The notes under the pieces: model-generated | Told to the model about the DNA's origin: nothing | Seen by the model: only the letters and a program-made list of their open reading frames with translations | Databases searched by the model: none | In this document: piece by piece, positions 8,639 through 18,232 of the stretch | How positions within the stretch are numbered: position 1 is the stretch's first letter | Layout: every line of letters begins with the position of its first letter | Source: an uncultured Anaerolineaceae bacterium | Lineage (GTDB): Bacteria; Chloroflexota; Anaerolineae; Anaerolineales; Villigracilaceae | Direction: 5' to 3' | DNA length: 64,000 nt | Assembly: GCA_964621295.1 (NCBI GenBank) | Contig: CAZULT010000003.1 | Coordinates: 70 to 64,069 of the forward strand | Translations under genes and position numbers: made by a program

Positions 8639-9793
8639 ATGCCTTCTGCTGAGATCATCACCATCGGAACCGAGATCCTTCTCGGTGAAATTATCGATAC
8701 CAATACGCGCTATATCGCCCACAGCCTGCGCGAGTTAGGAGTGGACCTGTATCGAACTCTCACGATCGGAGATAATGTCGACCGCATCGCCGAAGCTATC
8801 CAGGGTTCCCTTGCCAATACCGAAATCGTCATCACCACCGGAGGGCTTGGCCCTACGGTGGACGATCCCACTCGCGAGGCGGTTGCGCGCGCCTTTGACA
8901 CGCAAACGGAATATCGCGAAGAGTTGTGGGAGCAGATCCTCGCGATCATCCAACGCTATGGCCGCCAACCAAGCGAGAATCAGAAACGCCAGGCTTTTGT
9001 GCCTCGAGGTGCGCTGACCATCCCAAACCAGGTTGGAACCGCACCAGCGTTCATCATGGAAAGCGAGCGCAGCTGTGCAATCTCCTTGCCAGGCGTCCCG
9101 AAGGAGATGGAGCACCTGTGGCATGCCTCGGTGATCCCCTATTTGCAGGCGCGCTACGATCTGCATGAGGTTATCAAAGTCCGCTTGATCCACACAGCCG
9201 GCGCACCCGAGGCGGAAATTGACGAAAAGATCGGAGAGTTGGAAACGCTCAGTAATCCTACTGTAGGGCTAGCGGCACACTCGGGGATCGTGGATGTGCG
9301 CATCACCGCCAAAGCTGAGACCGATGCGCAGGCCGACCGCATGATCGCGGAGATCGACCAGCAAGTACGGGAACGACTGGGGGAATGGGTTTTCGGTGCC
9401 GACCTGGATACTCTTGAAGGGTCTGCATTGCAAGCCGCCTCCGACCGGGGTTGGAACCTGGCGGCGCTTGAATCCGGACTGGGTGGGGCGATGACGCGCC
9501 GCCTCGCCAATCTGCAGGCAACAAACCTGGCGGCAGTCGAGGACAGGGACCTGGCGCCAGGGCAGCTGATGGAAGTTCTGGAACGGATGCAAGCTCAGCA
9601 TCGCTCCCGCGCAGCCCTGGGGGTGGCAGCCTTTCCGGATGAAAACAAAGTTGAACTGGTTCTGATCACCCCCGAATCCCACGAACTCTGCACACGGTCT
9701 TTTGGCGGCCATCCAAACCTGCTTTCGCGTTGGGCAGTAAACATCGCCCTGAATTGGCTCAGGCGTACCTCAGGGGGAGAACAAAGCGCATGA
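8639..9793 (+). CDS. CinA-like competence/damage-inducible protein (MoCF-binding domain plus short CinA C-terminal region)
   Basis: N-terminus AEIITIGTEILLGEIIDTNTRYIA...ITTGGLGPTVDDPTREAVA is the CinA/MoCF domain. The C-terminal region carries LESGLGG where PncC-type domains have ESCTGG, and it looks short. Confidence 0.8.
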   Translation: MPSAEIITIGTEILLGEIIDTNTRYIAHSLRELGVDLYRTLTIGDNVDRIAEAIQGSLANTEIVITTGGLGPTVDDPTREAVARAFDTQTEYREELWEQILAIIQRYGRQPSENQKRQAFVPRGALTIPNQVGTAPAFIMESERSCAISLPGVPKEMEHLWHASVIPYLQARYDLHEVIKVRLIHTAGAPEAEIDEKIGELETLSNPTVGLAAHSGIVDVRITAKAETDAQADRMIAEIDQQVRERLGEWVFGADLDTLEGSALQAASDRGWNLAALESGLGGAMTRRLANLQATNLAAVEDRDLAPGQLMEVLERMQAQHRSRAALGVAAFPDENKVELVLITPESHELCTRSFGGHPNLLSRWAVNIALNWLRRTSGGEQSA

Positions 9794-10758
9794 AAAACCA
9801 GGGCCCGAAGCGTAATCTATGGCTGATCTCAGCTGTATGGGGGTTGAACGCACTGGTCCTGGTGGGTATCCTGGTCGGAGCCGCCTTCCTGTTCGCCAGC
9901 CGCCCGCTGCCATCGAACTCCCCCTTCCAGGTGGCAATCGCCACGATGATCACGGCTTCTCCCACCCCAAGGCCGGGAATATATTACCTGCCGACCATCA
10001 CCCCCAATCCACTCACCACGCCCATCGTGGTATTCACGCCGACCACTTTCGTGTTGCAAGATGGTCCACGTCCGATCGTGATCGGATATTCCGTCTCCGG
10101 CCGTCCGCTGGAGGTATACGCCTTTGGTACCCCCGGGCGCCAGGTCATGATCGCAGCAGGTATCCATGGCGGGTCTGAATGGAACACGATCGCGCTTGCG
10201 GATAAATTGATCCTGTACGTCAACGAGCACCCAGAGCTCCTGCCCAAAGATGTCACACTTTTTATATTACGTAACATCAATCCAGACGGCGATGCACGCG
10301 CCCACACGATCGAGGGGCGCGTCAATGACCACGGTGTCGATCTGAACCGCAACTTCCCGGAAAACTGGCAGGCAGAATGGGATCGTGATGGCTGTTGGGA
10401 TTACCTGCCCACTACCGGAGGCTCCGCTCCCGGCTCGGAACCTGAAACGCGCGCAGTGATGAACTTCCTTTCAAGTCACAATGTACAGGCCCTGATCAGC
10501 TATCACAGCGCCGCCCTGGGCATCTTTCCCGGCGGCGAACCGTGGGAACTTGATTCAATCGAACTTGCCAAGGCACTTAAAAAAGCGACCGGTTACCCAT
10601 ATCCTCCCATCGATACCGGCTGCTACTACACCGGCACACTGGCAGATTACGCCGTTTCCCTGGGCATTTCTGCAGTAGATATGGAATTGCGCAACCATCG
10701 CGACACGGACTTCAACCAGAACTTGAAAGCCCTCAAAGTGCTTTTGAACTGGAAATAG
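9790..10758 (+). CDS. M14-family zinc carboxypeptidase, membrane-anchored/exported
   Basis: The ATG at 9790 overlaps the cinA-like stop (ATGA). There is an N-terminal TM helix. Motifs: GIHGGSEWNT (HxxE zinc motif), NINPDG, DLNRNF, SYHS. Confidence 0.85.
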   Translation: MKNQGPKRNLWLISAVWGLNALVLVGILVGAAFLFASRPLPSNSPFQVAIATMITASPTPRPGIYYLPTITPNPLTTPIVVFTPTTFVLQDGPRPIVIGYSVSGRPLEVYAFGTPGRQVMIAAGIHGGSEWNTIALADKLILYVNEHPELLPKDVTLFILRNINPDGDARAHTIEGRVNDHGVDLNRNFPENWQAEWDRDGCWDYLPTTGGSAPGSEPETRAVMNFLSSHNVQALISYHSAALGIFPGGEPWELDSIELAKALKKATGYPYPPIDTGCYYTGTLADYAVSLGISAVDMELRNHRDTDFNQNLKALKVLLNWK

Positions 10759-10787
10759 TCCCCAGGGGCGAGACCCAACTTCCAGGC

Positions 10788-12131
10788 TTATAAATTCAAA
10801 AATACCTTCGCAAGTGTAAAGTAAATAAACAACCCGGTAGCGTCCACGAGAGTGCTCATCACTGGTCCAGAAACAATCGGCGGATCAATGCCCAGCTTAG
10901 CCGCCAGAAGCGGCAGGAGGGCACCCAGGACGTTGGCCCAAACGACAATGACAAAGATCGCGATGGCAACCGTTTCTGCCAGCGGCATGGAGGATCCCCA
11001 TGTCAAGGCGCGAAACAGAGCGATCCCGGCCATCACCAGACCGAGCAACAACCCGGCGCGCAGTTCGTGCCAAAGCGTATAGAGCGCATCCTTCAATGCG
11101 ACATCCCCCACAGCAAGAGCGCGAATGATCGTGCTGGTCGTTTGTGATCCGGCATTACCTCCTGTACCGATCAAGAGAGGAACGAAGAAGGAGAGCGCGA
11201 CTACAACCTGCATTTCGTCCTGGAAATGGCGCAAGACAGTGCCGGTCAGCATCTCGGTCAGAAAGAGCAACATCAGCCAGCCAATCCTCTTTTTGGCAAT
11301 CTGAAAGACCCCTGTCTCAAGATAAGGCTGCTCCAATGGCAAGGCACCGCCCATGCGCTGGATATCTTCTGTGGCTTCGTCTTCCAGCACATCCACCACA
11401 TCGTCAACTGTGATGATCCCCAGCAGGATATCCTCTTCGTTCACGACCGGTAATGCCAACAGGTCATAGTGGGACAGGATCCGGGCGCACTTTTCCTGGT
11501 CGGTGCCTGCTTTCACTGAAATGACATTGGGATCCATCAATTCGCGTATGGGCATATCCAGAGAGGCAATGATCAACTGGCGCAGCCCAACCACGCCGCA
11601 TAATTTCTTGTACTGGTCCACGACGAAGAGATAATAGAAGGATTCCGCATCCGGTTTCCATTTTCGGACGGCGTCCAGTGCGTCCCCGGCGGTCGTACGC
11701 GGACGCAAAGCCAGGAAGTCGGAGGTCATCAGGCCGCCTGCGCTATCGTCCGGGTGAATCAATAAAGGACGGACCTCCTCGGGTTCTTCCAATTTGTCCA
11801 ACACCGCCTGAGCCCTGTGAGGCGGCAGGTCACCCAGCAAGTCCGCGGCCTTGTCCGGTTCCATCTCATCCACGATGCGCGCGACCGTTGTAGTTGGGAT
11901 GTTGGCCACGAGCTTGGCGGCGTTTCGATCATCCAGATCTTCCAGGATATCGGCAGATTGAGTCGGGTTCAGGCGGGGCAGGAGAGCCTGCTGGTCACGC
12001 TCTTCCAGTTCGGAAAACACTTCCGCCTGATCATGAGAACGCAGGGATTCGATCAGCGCGATTGCATCATCCAGGTTGTCATGTTCCAATGACACCTGAA
12101 GTTGTTTCAACACATCTCCAAGATTCAACAT
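10788..12131 (-). CDS. mgtE: magnesium transporter MgtE
   Basis: MgtE N-domain, tandem CBS region, and C-terminal 5-TM domain with GNAGSQ and DATG motifs. The start is chosen at the ATG at 12131, which has GGAGG 7 nt upstream. The ORF track extends to 12176. Confidence 0.92.
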   Translation of the reverse strand: MLNLGDVLKQLQVSLEHDNLDDAIALIESLRSHDQAEVFSELEERDQQALLPRLNPTQSADILEDLDDRNAAKLVANIPTTTVARIVDEMEPDKAADLLGDLPPHRAQAVLDKLEEPEEVRPLLIHPDDSAGGLMTSDFLALRPRTTAGDALDAVRKWKPDAESFYYLFVVDQYKKLCGVVGLRQLIIASLDMPIRELMDPNVISVKAGTDQEKCARILSHYDLLALPVVNEEDILLGIITVDDVVDVLEDEATEDIQRMGGALPLEQPYLETGVFQIAKKRIGWLMLLFLTEMLTGTVLRHFQDEMQVVVALSFFVPLLIGTGGNAGSQTTSTIIRALAVGDVALKDALYTLWHELRAGLLLGLVMAGIALFRALTWGSSMPLAETVAIAIFVIVVWANVLGALLPLLAAKLGIDPPIVSGPVMSTLVDATGLFIYFTLAKVFLNL

Positions 12132-12428
12132 GGAGCACCTCCGATTGCAATTCTCCCCCAGGAGGCATTTATTCAACCTACCCGAGGGTTACGGCTTACG
12201 AGTATTATTTATCGATCTATGACTGGGGGCAGGGTCTTCTGACATCAGATTTTAGATCTCTCCTCTGCAAAGCTTGATTGACCGTCGAATTCTAGACCTG
12301 CACTGAATGAATGTCAAGAGGACAAAATTGAGCTTTTCGCTACAAAAGAACAGTACTTCCTTTGGGCGATCCAGGGAATCCAATCCACCTTGAGAAGGGG
12401 TCCGCCCGGAATGCTGCATACCTGAGCA

Positions 12429-12437
12429 TGCTATAAT
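12429..12437 (+). promoter_or_regulatory. candidate extended -10 promoter element (TGCTATAAT) for the 12502 gene
   Basis: TGn+TATAAT at 12429-12437, 65 nt upstream of the ATG. The -35 is weak. This is hexamer-level evidence only. Confidence 0.3.
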
Positions 12438-12501
12438 TGCCCGAACTCGACGACTCCAAGGTGGCTCTCACAGCCGCCTTGTTCCCAAATAAGGAGTTTG
12501 C

Positions 12502-14475
12502 ATGAAAAAATCAGCAGATTTCCTGCTTACCAACGCCCTGGTACTAAGCATGGACGCGGATTTTAAGCAATACGAGCCCGGCGCGCTTGCCGTGCAAGGC
12601 AATGCAATCCTGGCAGTTGGCCCTCAAGCCGAATTGCTCAAACAGTATTCCGCCCGGGAGACAATCGACTGCGGCGGCAAGATCCTGATGCCGGGCCTGG
12701 TCAATGCTCATACGCATGCTCCCATGACGTTGCTACGCGGTCTGGCAGATGATCTGCGTCTGGACGTGTGGCTGATGGGATACATGATGCCTGTGGAACG
12801 TGAATTTGTCTCCCCGGAATTCGTGCGACTGGGCACCTCGTTAGCCTGCGCGGAGTTCATTAAAGGTGGTGTGACCACCTTCTGCGACATGTACTACTAT
12901 GAAGCCGATGTGGCCCATGCCACCAGCGCAGCCGGCTTACGGGCGGTGTGTGGTCAAACCATTATGAAATTCCCCGCTCCCGATGCAGAGACCTTTGAGG
13001 ACTCGCTTTCCATGGCACGCGATTTCATCCTTGAATGGAAAGACCATGAGTTGATCGTCCCGGCTGTTTCCCCCCACGCCCCGTATACCTGCACAGATGA
13101 GATCTTGCAGGCTACGGCAAGCCTTGCGACCGAGTTCGATGTTCCCCTGCACACGCACCTGGCTGAGACTGCCCTTGAACGCGAAAACATGCGCAAGGAA
13201 ATGGGTATGCCGGTCATCCCGTACGTAAAAAAGCAGGGTCTCCTCGAAGCCAAGGTCATTGCGGCGCATTGCGTGCACATCGATATGGGCGAAATGCGCA
13301 CGCTGCTGCACGCAGGGGCGGGTGTTGCCCATAATCCCTCTTCCAACCTGAAACTGGCTTCCGGATTCGCACCCGTCCAGCAAATGCTTGATGAGGGCCT
13401 GAACGTGGGCATCGGCACCGATGGCCCGGCTTCCAACAATGACCTGGATATGTTCGAAGAAGTACGACTGGCCTCCTTCATAGCCAAGGCGGTCAGCAAA
13501 GACCCGACTGCCTTACCGGCGCCCATGGCCCTGGCCATGGCCACACGCCTGGGTTCCCAGGCCCTACACCTCGGGCATTTGACCGGCTCGTTAGAGCCTG
13601 GCAAACGCGCCGACCTGATCCTGGTGGATGTTTCGGCCGTTCACAACTCCCCTCGCTTCCGGCGTGATCCTAACAATGCCTACGCGCAGCTTGTCTATGC
13701 GGGAAAATCTACTGACGTGACCGACGTCATGGTGGATGGCCGCTGGTTGATGCGGGAACGCGCTATGCTGACCCTGGACGACGAGGAATTACTGGCGCAG
13801 GCGCGTGAGATCGCTCGAAAGATCGATACGTTCTTGATCGCCCGTGAGCAATCTGTTCTTTCCAAATTGATCACCCTTGGAGGTTCGATGGAACAGGAAT
13901 CATTCGAGGTCCAGGTCAAGGTCAAGATCGAGGATCCTTCGATTGTGCAGAAAAACGTCAAGCATCCGGATATCCAGATTACGGCTTTCAAGCATTACCG
14001 CCAATTCGACAACTACTTCTTCTTCTCCGACCCGACCCAAGGGCGCCTGCGCTTCCGCGAGGACGAACTGATCGACTCCAAAGGCAAAGTCAGTAACGTT
14101 CGCTCCCGCCTGACCCTGCTCGGTCCGCGCGAAGACAAGTTCGAACACGACGTCTTGCTTTCACGCAGCCGCTTCCTGGCGCCAGCCAGCCACACACTAC
14201 GCTTCTATCGCGAATACTTCCTCCCCAATCAGGAGGAGATCATCCAGAAAGATCGCTTGCGTTGGCATATCAAGTACAAAGACACGGAGTTCTTCATTAA
14301 TCTTGACAAAATGGAAACGCCCGACCTGGGCCAATTTGTGGAGATCAAGAGTCGCACCTGGAGCCGAAAGGATGCAGAACACAAGGCCGTGCTATCCTAT
14401 GAATTGATGTCTCTGCTGGGCACCGCCGGCGGCGAAACGGTCACACAAGATTACATCGATACGATCAGACAGTGA
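12502..14475 (+). CDS. fusion protein: N-terminal amidohydrolase (MTA/SAH-deaminase, TRZ/ATZ-like) plus C-terminal CYTH-like (triphosphate tunnel / class IV cyclase-like) domain
   Basis: AAGGAG RBS. The first about 440 aa have MPGLVNAHTHAPMT (HxH metal site), HLAET and GTDG motifs. The last about 200 aa are beta-rich, with FEVQVKVKI near the start, RLRFRED, and FVEIKSR near the end. Confidence 0.85.
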   Translation: MKKSADFLLTNALVLSMDADFKQYEPGALAVQGNAILAVGPQAELLKQYSARETIDCGGKILMPGLVNAHTHAPMTLLRGLADDLRLDVWLMGYMMPVEREFVSPEFVRLGTSLACAEFIKGGVTTFCDMYYYEADVAHATSAAGLRAVCGQTIMKFPAPDAETFEDSLSMARDFILEWKDHELIVPAVSPHAPYTCTDEILQATASLATEFDVPLHTHLAETALERENMRKEMGMPVIPYVKKQGLLEAKVIAAHCVHIDMGEMRTLLHAGAGVAHNPSSNLKLASGFAPVQQMLDEGLNVGIGTDGPASNNDLDMFEEVRLASFIAKAVSKDPTALPAPMALAMATRLGSQALHLGHLTGSLEPGKRADLILVDVSAVHNSPRFRRDPNNAYAQLVYAGKSTDVTDVMVDGRWLMRERAMLTLDDEELLAQAREIARKIDTFLIAREQSVLSKLITLGGSMEQESFEVQVKVKIEDPSIVQKNVKHPDIQITAFKHYRQFDNYFFFSDPTQGRLRFREDELIDSKGKVSNVRSRLTLLGPREDKFEHDVLLSRSRFLAPASHTLRFYREYFLPNQEEIIQKDRLRWHIKYKDTEFFINLDKMETPDLGQFVEIKSRTWSRKDAEHKAVLSYELMSLLGTAGGETVTQDYIDTIRQ

Positions 14476-14498
14476 TCAGGTAATCGCAGGAGGAACAG

Positions 14499-15545
14499 TT
14501 GAAATTTATCAGGATCAGCCTTGCCGTACTTTGCGCAATTCTGTTTGTAACTTCGGGGGTACTCAGCATGCTCCTTTTCAATCTGGACCAAAAAGCCTTC
14601 ACGCCGGAAGCCTACCAGCGGGCTTTTGCAAATGGACATTTCTACCAGCGGCTGCCAACCATTATTGCCCGTGGGCTGGTATCTTCTCCACAACAGGATG
14701 AACTGCCATTGGCCATGCAAGGTTTAACCGTCGAAAACTGGGAGAATTTCATTGTAGCCCTGCTGCCTCCACAGGCGCTGCAATCCATGGGGGAGGCGGC
14801 AATGGATTCGCTTTTCGCGTACTTGAACGGCGAGGTGGACACAGCAGTCATTTCCCTGCTCCCATTGAAGGAAAGTATGGCAAGTGAGATTGGAACCCAG
14901 GCTGTATTGGATCTAATGCGAACGCAGCCCGATTGTACGCTTTCACAGATCGCCCAGATGACCGTGGCAGTGCTCTCAGAAGGCGAAATCATGTTGTGCA
15001 ATCCGCCGGAGGACGCGCTCCCGCTGATCACACCCATCATCATGGGGCAATTGAAGTTTGCTGCCGAGATCATTCCAGACCAGATGACCTTAGCACGCAC
15101 CACCCTGACCTCTGAAGGAAAAGATCCCCGCGAACAATTAAGGGTATTGCGTGCGTTGATGCGTCTCAGTCCATTGGTGCCTTTAGGCCTGCTGCTGGCT
15201 CTCAGCTTGCTGGTTGTGCGTAGTTTGCGTGATTGGCTGGCCTGGTGGGGAATCCCAATGCTGGTTACTGGGCTGCTTGCTATCGTGATGAGCTTATTAG
15301 GAGCTCCGTTCGTGGGATTGTTGTTGTTGAGGTACCTGGTACGCAACGACACAGGCACGGTCCCGCCCGTGTTAATGGACAGCAGCAGCCAGCTGGTATC
15401 CGCGATCGTGGAACAATTACTGAGACCCACACTGCTGCAGGGCCTGGCAGTGGCAGGCGTCGGACTGTTGCTGATCGTGGTCGTGCTCCTGCTCAGGCGC
15501 TTCAACCTGCCCGACCCGGGCAGACTCTCAGAAGAAGAGGCATAG
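14499..15545 (+). CDS. hypothetical polytopic membrane protein
   Basis: TTG start with AGGAGG 5 nt upstream. N-terminal TM helix, a soluble middle region, and three C-terminal TM helices. No family recognised. Confidence 0.7.
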   Translation: MKFIRISLAVLCAILFVTSGVLSMLLFNLDQKAFTPEAYQRAFANGHFYQRLPTIIARGLVSSPQQDELPLAMQGLTVENWENFIVALLPPQALQSMGEAAMDSLFAYLNGEVDTAVISLLPLKESMASEIGTQAVLDLMRTQPDCTLSQIAQMTVAVLSEGEIMLCNPPEDALPLITPIIMGQLKFAAEIIPDQMTLARTTLTSEGKDPREQLRVLRALMRLSPLVPLGLLLALSLLVVRSLRDWLAWWGIPMLVTGLLAIVMSLLGAPFVGLLLLRYLVRNDTGTVPPVLMDSSSQLVSAIVEQLLRPTLLQGLAVAGVGLLLIVVVLLLRRFNLPDPGRLSEEEA

Positions 15546-15546
15546 C

Positions 15547-15873
15547 ATGTCAAATGAACCCGCACCCCAGCAATCGAACACCCTGGGCAATGCCAGCCTG
15601 GCGCTCGGCATTGCTTCTGCTGCATTGGTATTTGGGATTGGTCTGTGCGCGTTGACCGGTGCCGCTCAGAATTGGATCCGTTTGGCCGGCACTCCGCTCT
15701 TCATCTGTGGCGGGAGTAGTGCCTTTCTGGGAATATTAGCGGTCATTTTAGGAGTTGCCGGTCTATTTGGCAAAGTACCCGCCAAGGCCACCGCCATCGC
15801 CGGATTAATCCTTGGATTGTGCGGGGGCTGTCTGTTCCTGGTCTTCCTCAACCTGGTTGCGCAAGGTGGCTAG
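15547..15873 (+). CDS. small membrane protein (DUF4190-like, two to three TM helices)
   Basis: The ATG lies 1 nt after the upstream stop. Gly/Ala-rich TM helices (LGNASLALGIASAALVFGIGL). Confidence 0.65.
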   Translation: MSNEPAPQQSNTLGNASLALGIASAALVFGIGLCALTGAAQNWIRLAGTPLFICGGSSAFLGILAVILGVAGLFGKVPAKATAIAGLILGLCGGCLFLVFLNLVAQGG

Positions 15874-15975
15874 CACGTTTCCGATTATTGCATCTTGTTA
15901 CGGTCAATCTTCTCGGGGTAACTCTCCCGATTTCCTGCAACTTTTTTCTCATATCCCCTGTAACAGTATGTAGAC

Positions 15976-16521
15976 ATGTCTTCCGCTCCAGATCGCGGGC
16001 TTGCCATAAGGGCTGCACGAGGTGACCAGGACGCATTTGCTGAGATCGTTCGCACCCACCAGCAAGCCGTCTTCAATGTGGCCTATCGCTTGCTCGGGAA
16101 CGTGCGGGATGCGGAGGACGCCGCCCAGGAAGCGTTCCTGCGCGCCTACCAGTTCTTTGATAAATTCGATGTAGACCGGCCGCTGGCTCCCTGGCTCAAG
16201 CGCATCACCGCCAATGTATGTTTCAACCGTATGGGAACTCTAAAACCGGTGTCCTCTCTGGATGAAAGGCTGCTGCCACCAGCAGATCCTCATCCTGGCC
16301 CTGAGGTGCAGGCCAGCCAGCGACAACAAGCGGAGCGCATCCGTGCAGAGATTTTCAGCTTACCGCCTCGATACCGCGCCGTCATCGAATTAAGACATTT
16401 CCACGACCTGCGTTACGAGGAGATCGCCCACCAGCTAGATCGGCCACTCAGTGATGTCAAGAGCGATTTGTTCCGAGCACGCAAACTTCTGGCTGATAAA
16501 TTGAAAGACCTGAACCCGTAG
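15976..16521 (+). CDS. ECF-type RNA polymerase sigma-70 factor
   Basis: Region 2 (DAEDAAQEAFLRAY) and region 4 (LPPRYRAVIELRHFHDLRYEEIA) motifs. 181 aa. Confidence 0.92.
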   Translation: MSSAPDRGLAIRAARGDQDAFAEIVRTHQQAVFNVAYRLLGNVRDAEDAAQEAFLRAYQFFDKFDVDRPLAPWLKRITANVCFNRMGTLKPVSSLDERLLPPADPHPGPEVQASQRQQAERIRAEIFSLPPRYRAVIELRHFHDLRYEEIAHQLDRPLSDVKSDLFRARKLLADKLKDLNP

Positions 16522-16541
16522 ACAGTGAGGATGAACCAACA

Positions 16542-17093
16542 ATGGACCATATCACTGAGACGCAATTGAACCTCTATCTGGATAACCAGCTCGACGAATC
16601 TGGACTCCAAAAGGTGGCCTTGCATCTTTCGCAATGCCCGGATTGCCGTAAGAAGATCGATGAACTGCGACTGGTCTTTACCAGCCTGGCAGAGTTGCCG
16701 GACACCGCGATAGCACGCGACCTGACGCCAGACATACTGTCTCGTTTGCCACGCAAACCCACGATGTCTCGAAGCCTGGCCATGCAATGGGGAATCGTTT
16801 TGGGTGTCTCGATCTGGTCTGCCATGCAAGCTGTGGGCGCAATCCAGTTCCCATCCGTGAACTCCTTGAAGCAATTCGCCATGATTAAAATCCCAGTCAT
16901 CAGCCTGACCGCCCTACAATTCCCAATCTTCAGCCTGCCCCAAATGGAGTTGCCTTCCTTCACCCTGCCCACATTCAGTGTAGGAGCTTCCACTGGCCAA
17001 GTCGCCCTTGCCGTCGTTTCTGCGCTGGTCCTGTGGCTTGTGGGGAATTTCATCCTGTTGCGACACGGGCCGCCGGAAATGCGCAGCACATAA
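16542..17093 (+). CDS. anti-sigma factor (zf-HC2 type), membrane-spanning
   Basis: N-terminal HLSQCPDCRKKIDEL zinc-finger motif immediately downstream of the ECF sigma gene. TM helices follow. Confidence 0.8.
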   Translation: MDHITETQLNLYLDNQLDESGLQKVALHLSQCPDCRKKIDELRLVFTSLAELPDTAIARDLTPDILSRLPRKPTMSRSLAMQWGIVLGVSIWSAMQAVGAIQFPSVNSLKQFAMIKIPVISLTALQFPIFSLPQMELPSFTLPTFSVGASTGQVALAVVSALVLWLVGNFILLRHGPPEMRST

Positions 17094-17104
17094 GGATTCG
17101 AAAG

Positions 17105-18223
17105 ATGAAGAGAAACCTGTTCGTCCTCGCCATTCTCCTGCTGATCATATTGGCCTGCAGTGAGCAGGTACCTCCGACCCCCTTCCCCACCCTTGAGGCC
17201 TCCAGCCTGGAGCAGGCGGATACCGCTTATGGTTTCTTCCCATCTCCTCCGGAGGTCTCTCTGGAAAGTGTGCTTGGGCACTTTCGTTCTTTGAGCGAGC
17301 ATGCAGATTTCGTACTTTTCCAGCACACCATCCCTTGGCAGGATTTTCTGGCGAGCGCCGAGGGCGACTCCCAGAGCCGCACGGACATCCGCAACCAGAT
17401 GATCCTTGCCCGCCAGAATGGCCTGGAGGCGATCTACGTGGTTGACCCGCTTAATGGGATGGACCGGCGTGAATTTATGGGATTGCCTGATGGGTGGGAA
17501 GCGAATTTCCAGAACCCGGACGTGCGTGCCGCGTATGCAAACTACACACTGTGGATCGTGAGCGAGTTCAGGCCGCGTTACCTGGGTCTGGCCTCCGAAA
17601 TCAATACCTATCTGGATGCACATCCCGAGGATCAGGAAGACTACCTCAGTCTGTATCATAGTGTCTATGCACAGATCAAAGCTGTAGCTCCAGAGACACA
17701 AGTCTTCGTGACCTTTCAGTGGGAAGACCTGAACAACCTGTTCGAGATCGCGTCCGAAGGCCGCTCGGCTTTCCAGACCAATTGGGATCAGGTCGAAGCG
17801 TTCGAACCGGATCTGGACCTGTGGGTGATCTCCTCCTACCCGTTCCCGGTCTTCCCTTCCGGCGAGGACATTCCCGCTAACTACTATAAACCGCTATTGA
17901 CCCACACTTCCAAGCCGTTGGCAGTCGCCGAAGGAGGCTTCCCTTCGCGACCCAATTCGCCCTTCCCCGGCAGCCCTGAAGACCAGGTAGCTTACCTGAA
18001 CGCCATTCACAACCAGATCGGTGGGCCGCGTCTGAAATTCTGGGTGTACCTGCTGCTTAACGATTTCAACATGGATTCCTATGCCGGGACCATGCGCAAA
18101 CAGGGTCTCACGGATACCAACATCCAGACGCTCAGCATGTTTGCCTCAGTTGGGTTGCGCGAGTTCGATGGGACCTCAAAACCCGCACTTGAAGTGTGGG
18201 ATTCATTCCATCCTAAACAATAA
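17105..18223 (+). CDS. lipoprotein, glycoside-hydrolase clan GH-A-like TIM barrel (putative)
   Basis: The internal ATG at 17105 gives the lipobox signal MKRNLFVLAILLLIILAC. LGLASEINTY and LAVAEGGF resemble the acid/base and nucleophile Glu strands of clan GH-A enzymes. Confidence 0.6.
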   Translation: MKRNLFVLAILLLIILACSEQVPPTPFPTLEASSLEQADTAYGFFPSPPEVSLESVLGHFRSLSEHADFVLFQHTIPWQDFLASAEGDSQSRTDIRNQMILARQNGLEAIYVVDPLNGMDRREFMGLPDGWEANFQNPDVRAAYANYTLWIVSEFRPRYLGLASEINTYLDAHPEDQEDYLSLYHSVYAQIKAVAPETQVFVTFQWEDLNNLFEIASEGRSAFQTNWDQVEAFEPDLDLWVISSYPFPVFPSGEDIPANYYKPLLTHTSKPLAVAEGGFPSRPNSPFPGSPEDQVAYLNAIHNQIGGPRLKFWVYLLLNDFNMDSYAGTMRKQGLTDTNIQTLSMFASVGLREFDGTSKPALEVWDSFHPKQ

Positions 18224-18232
18224 GGAGAACAC

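Noticed and set aside
12132-12501. Possible M-box (ykoK) magnesium riboswitch in the long leader upstream of mgtE
   Set aside because: I read the minus strand of the 370-nt spacer and could not find the conserved M-box core segments that I remember (GUUAGGUGAGGCU..., ...CUAAAGCUCUACG). This cannot be excluded without a covariance-model scan (Rfam RF00380).
14642-15625. 327-aa minus-strand ORF opposite the 14499-15545 membrane-protein gene
   Set aside because: Ser/Arg/Thr-rich shadow ORF with no start context. The plus-strand gene has an AGGAGG RBS and sensible TM topology.
16574-17701. 375-aa minus-strand ORF opposite the anti-sigma and first lipoprotein genes
   Set aside because: It overlaps two plus-strand genes with recognisable motifs (zf-HC2, lipobox). 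The composition is Arg-rich and there is no family signal.
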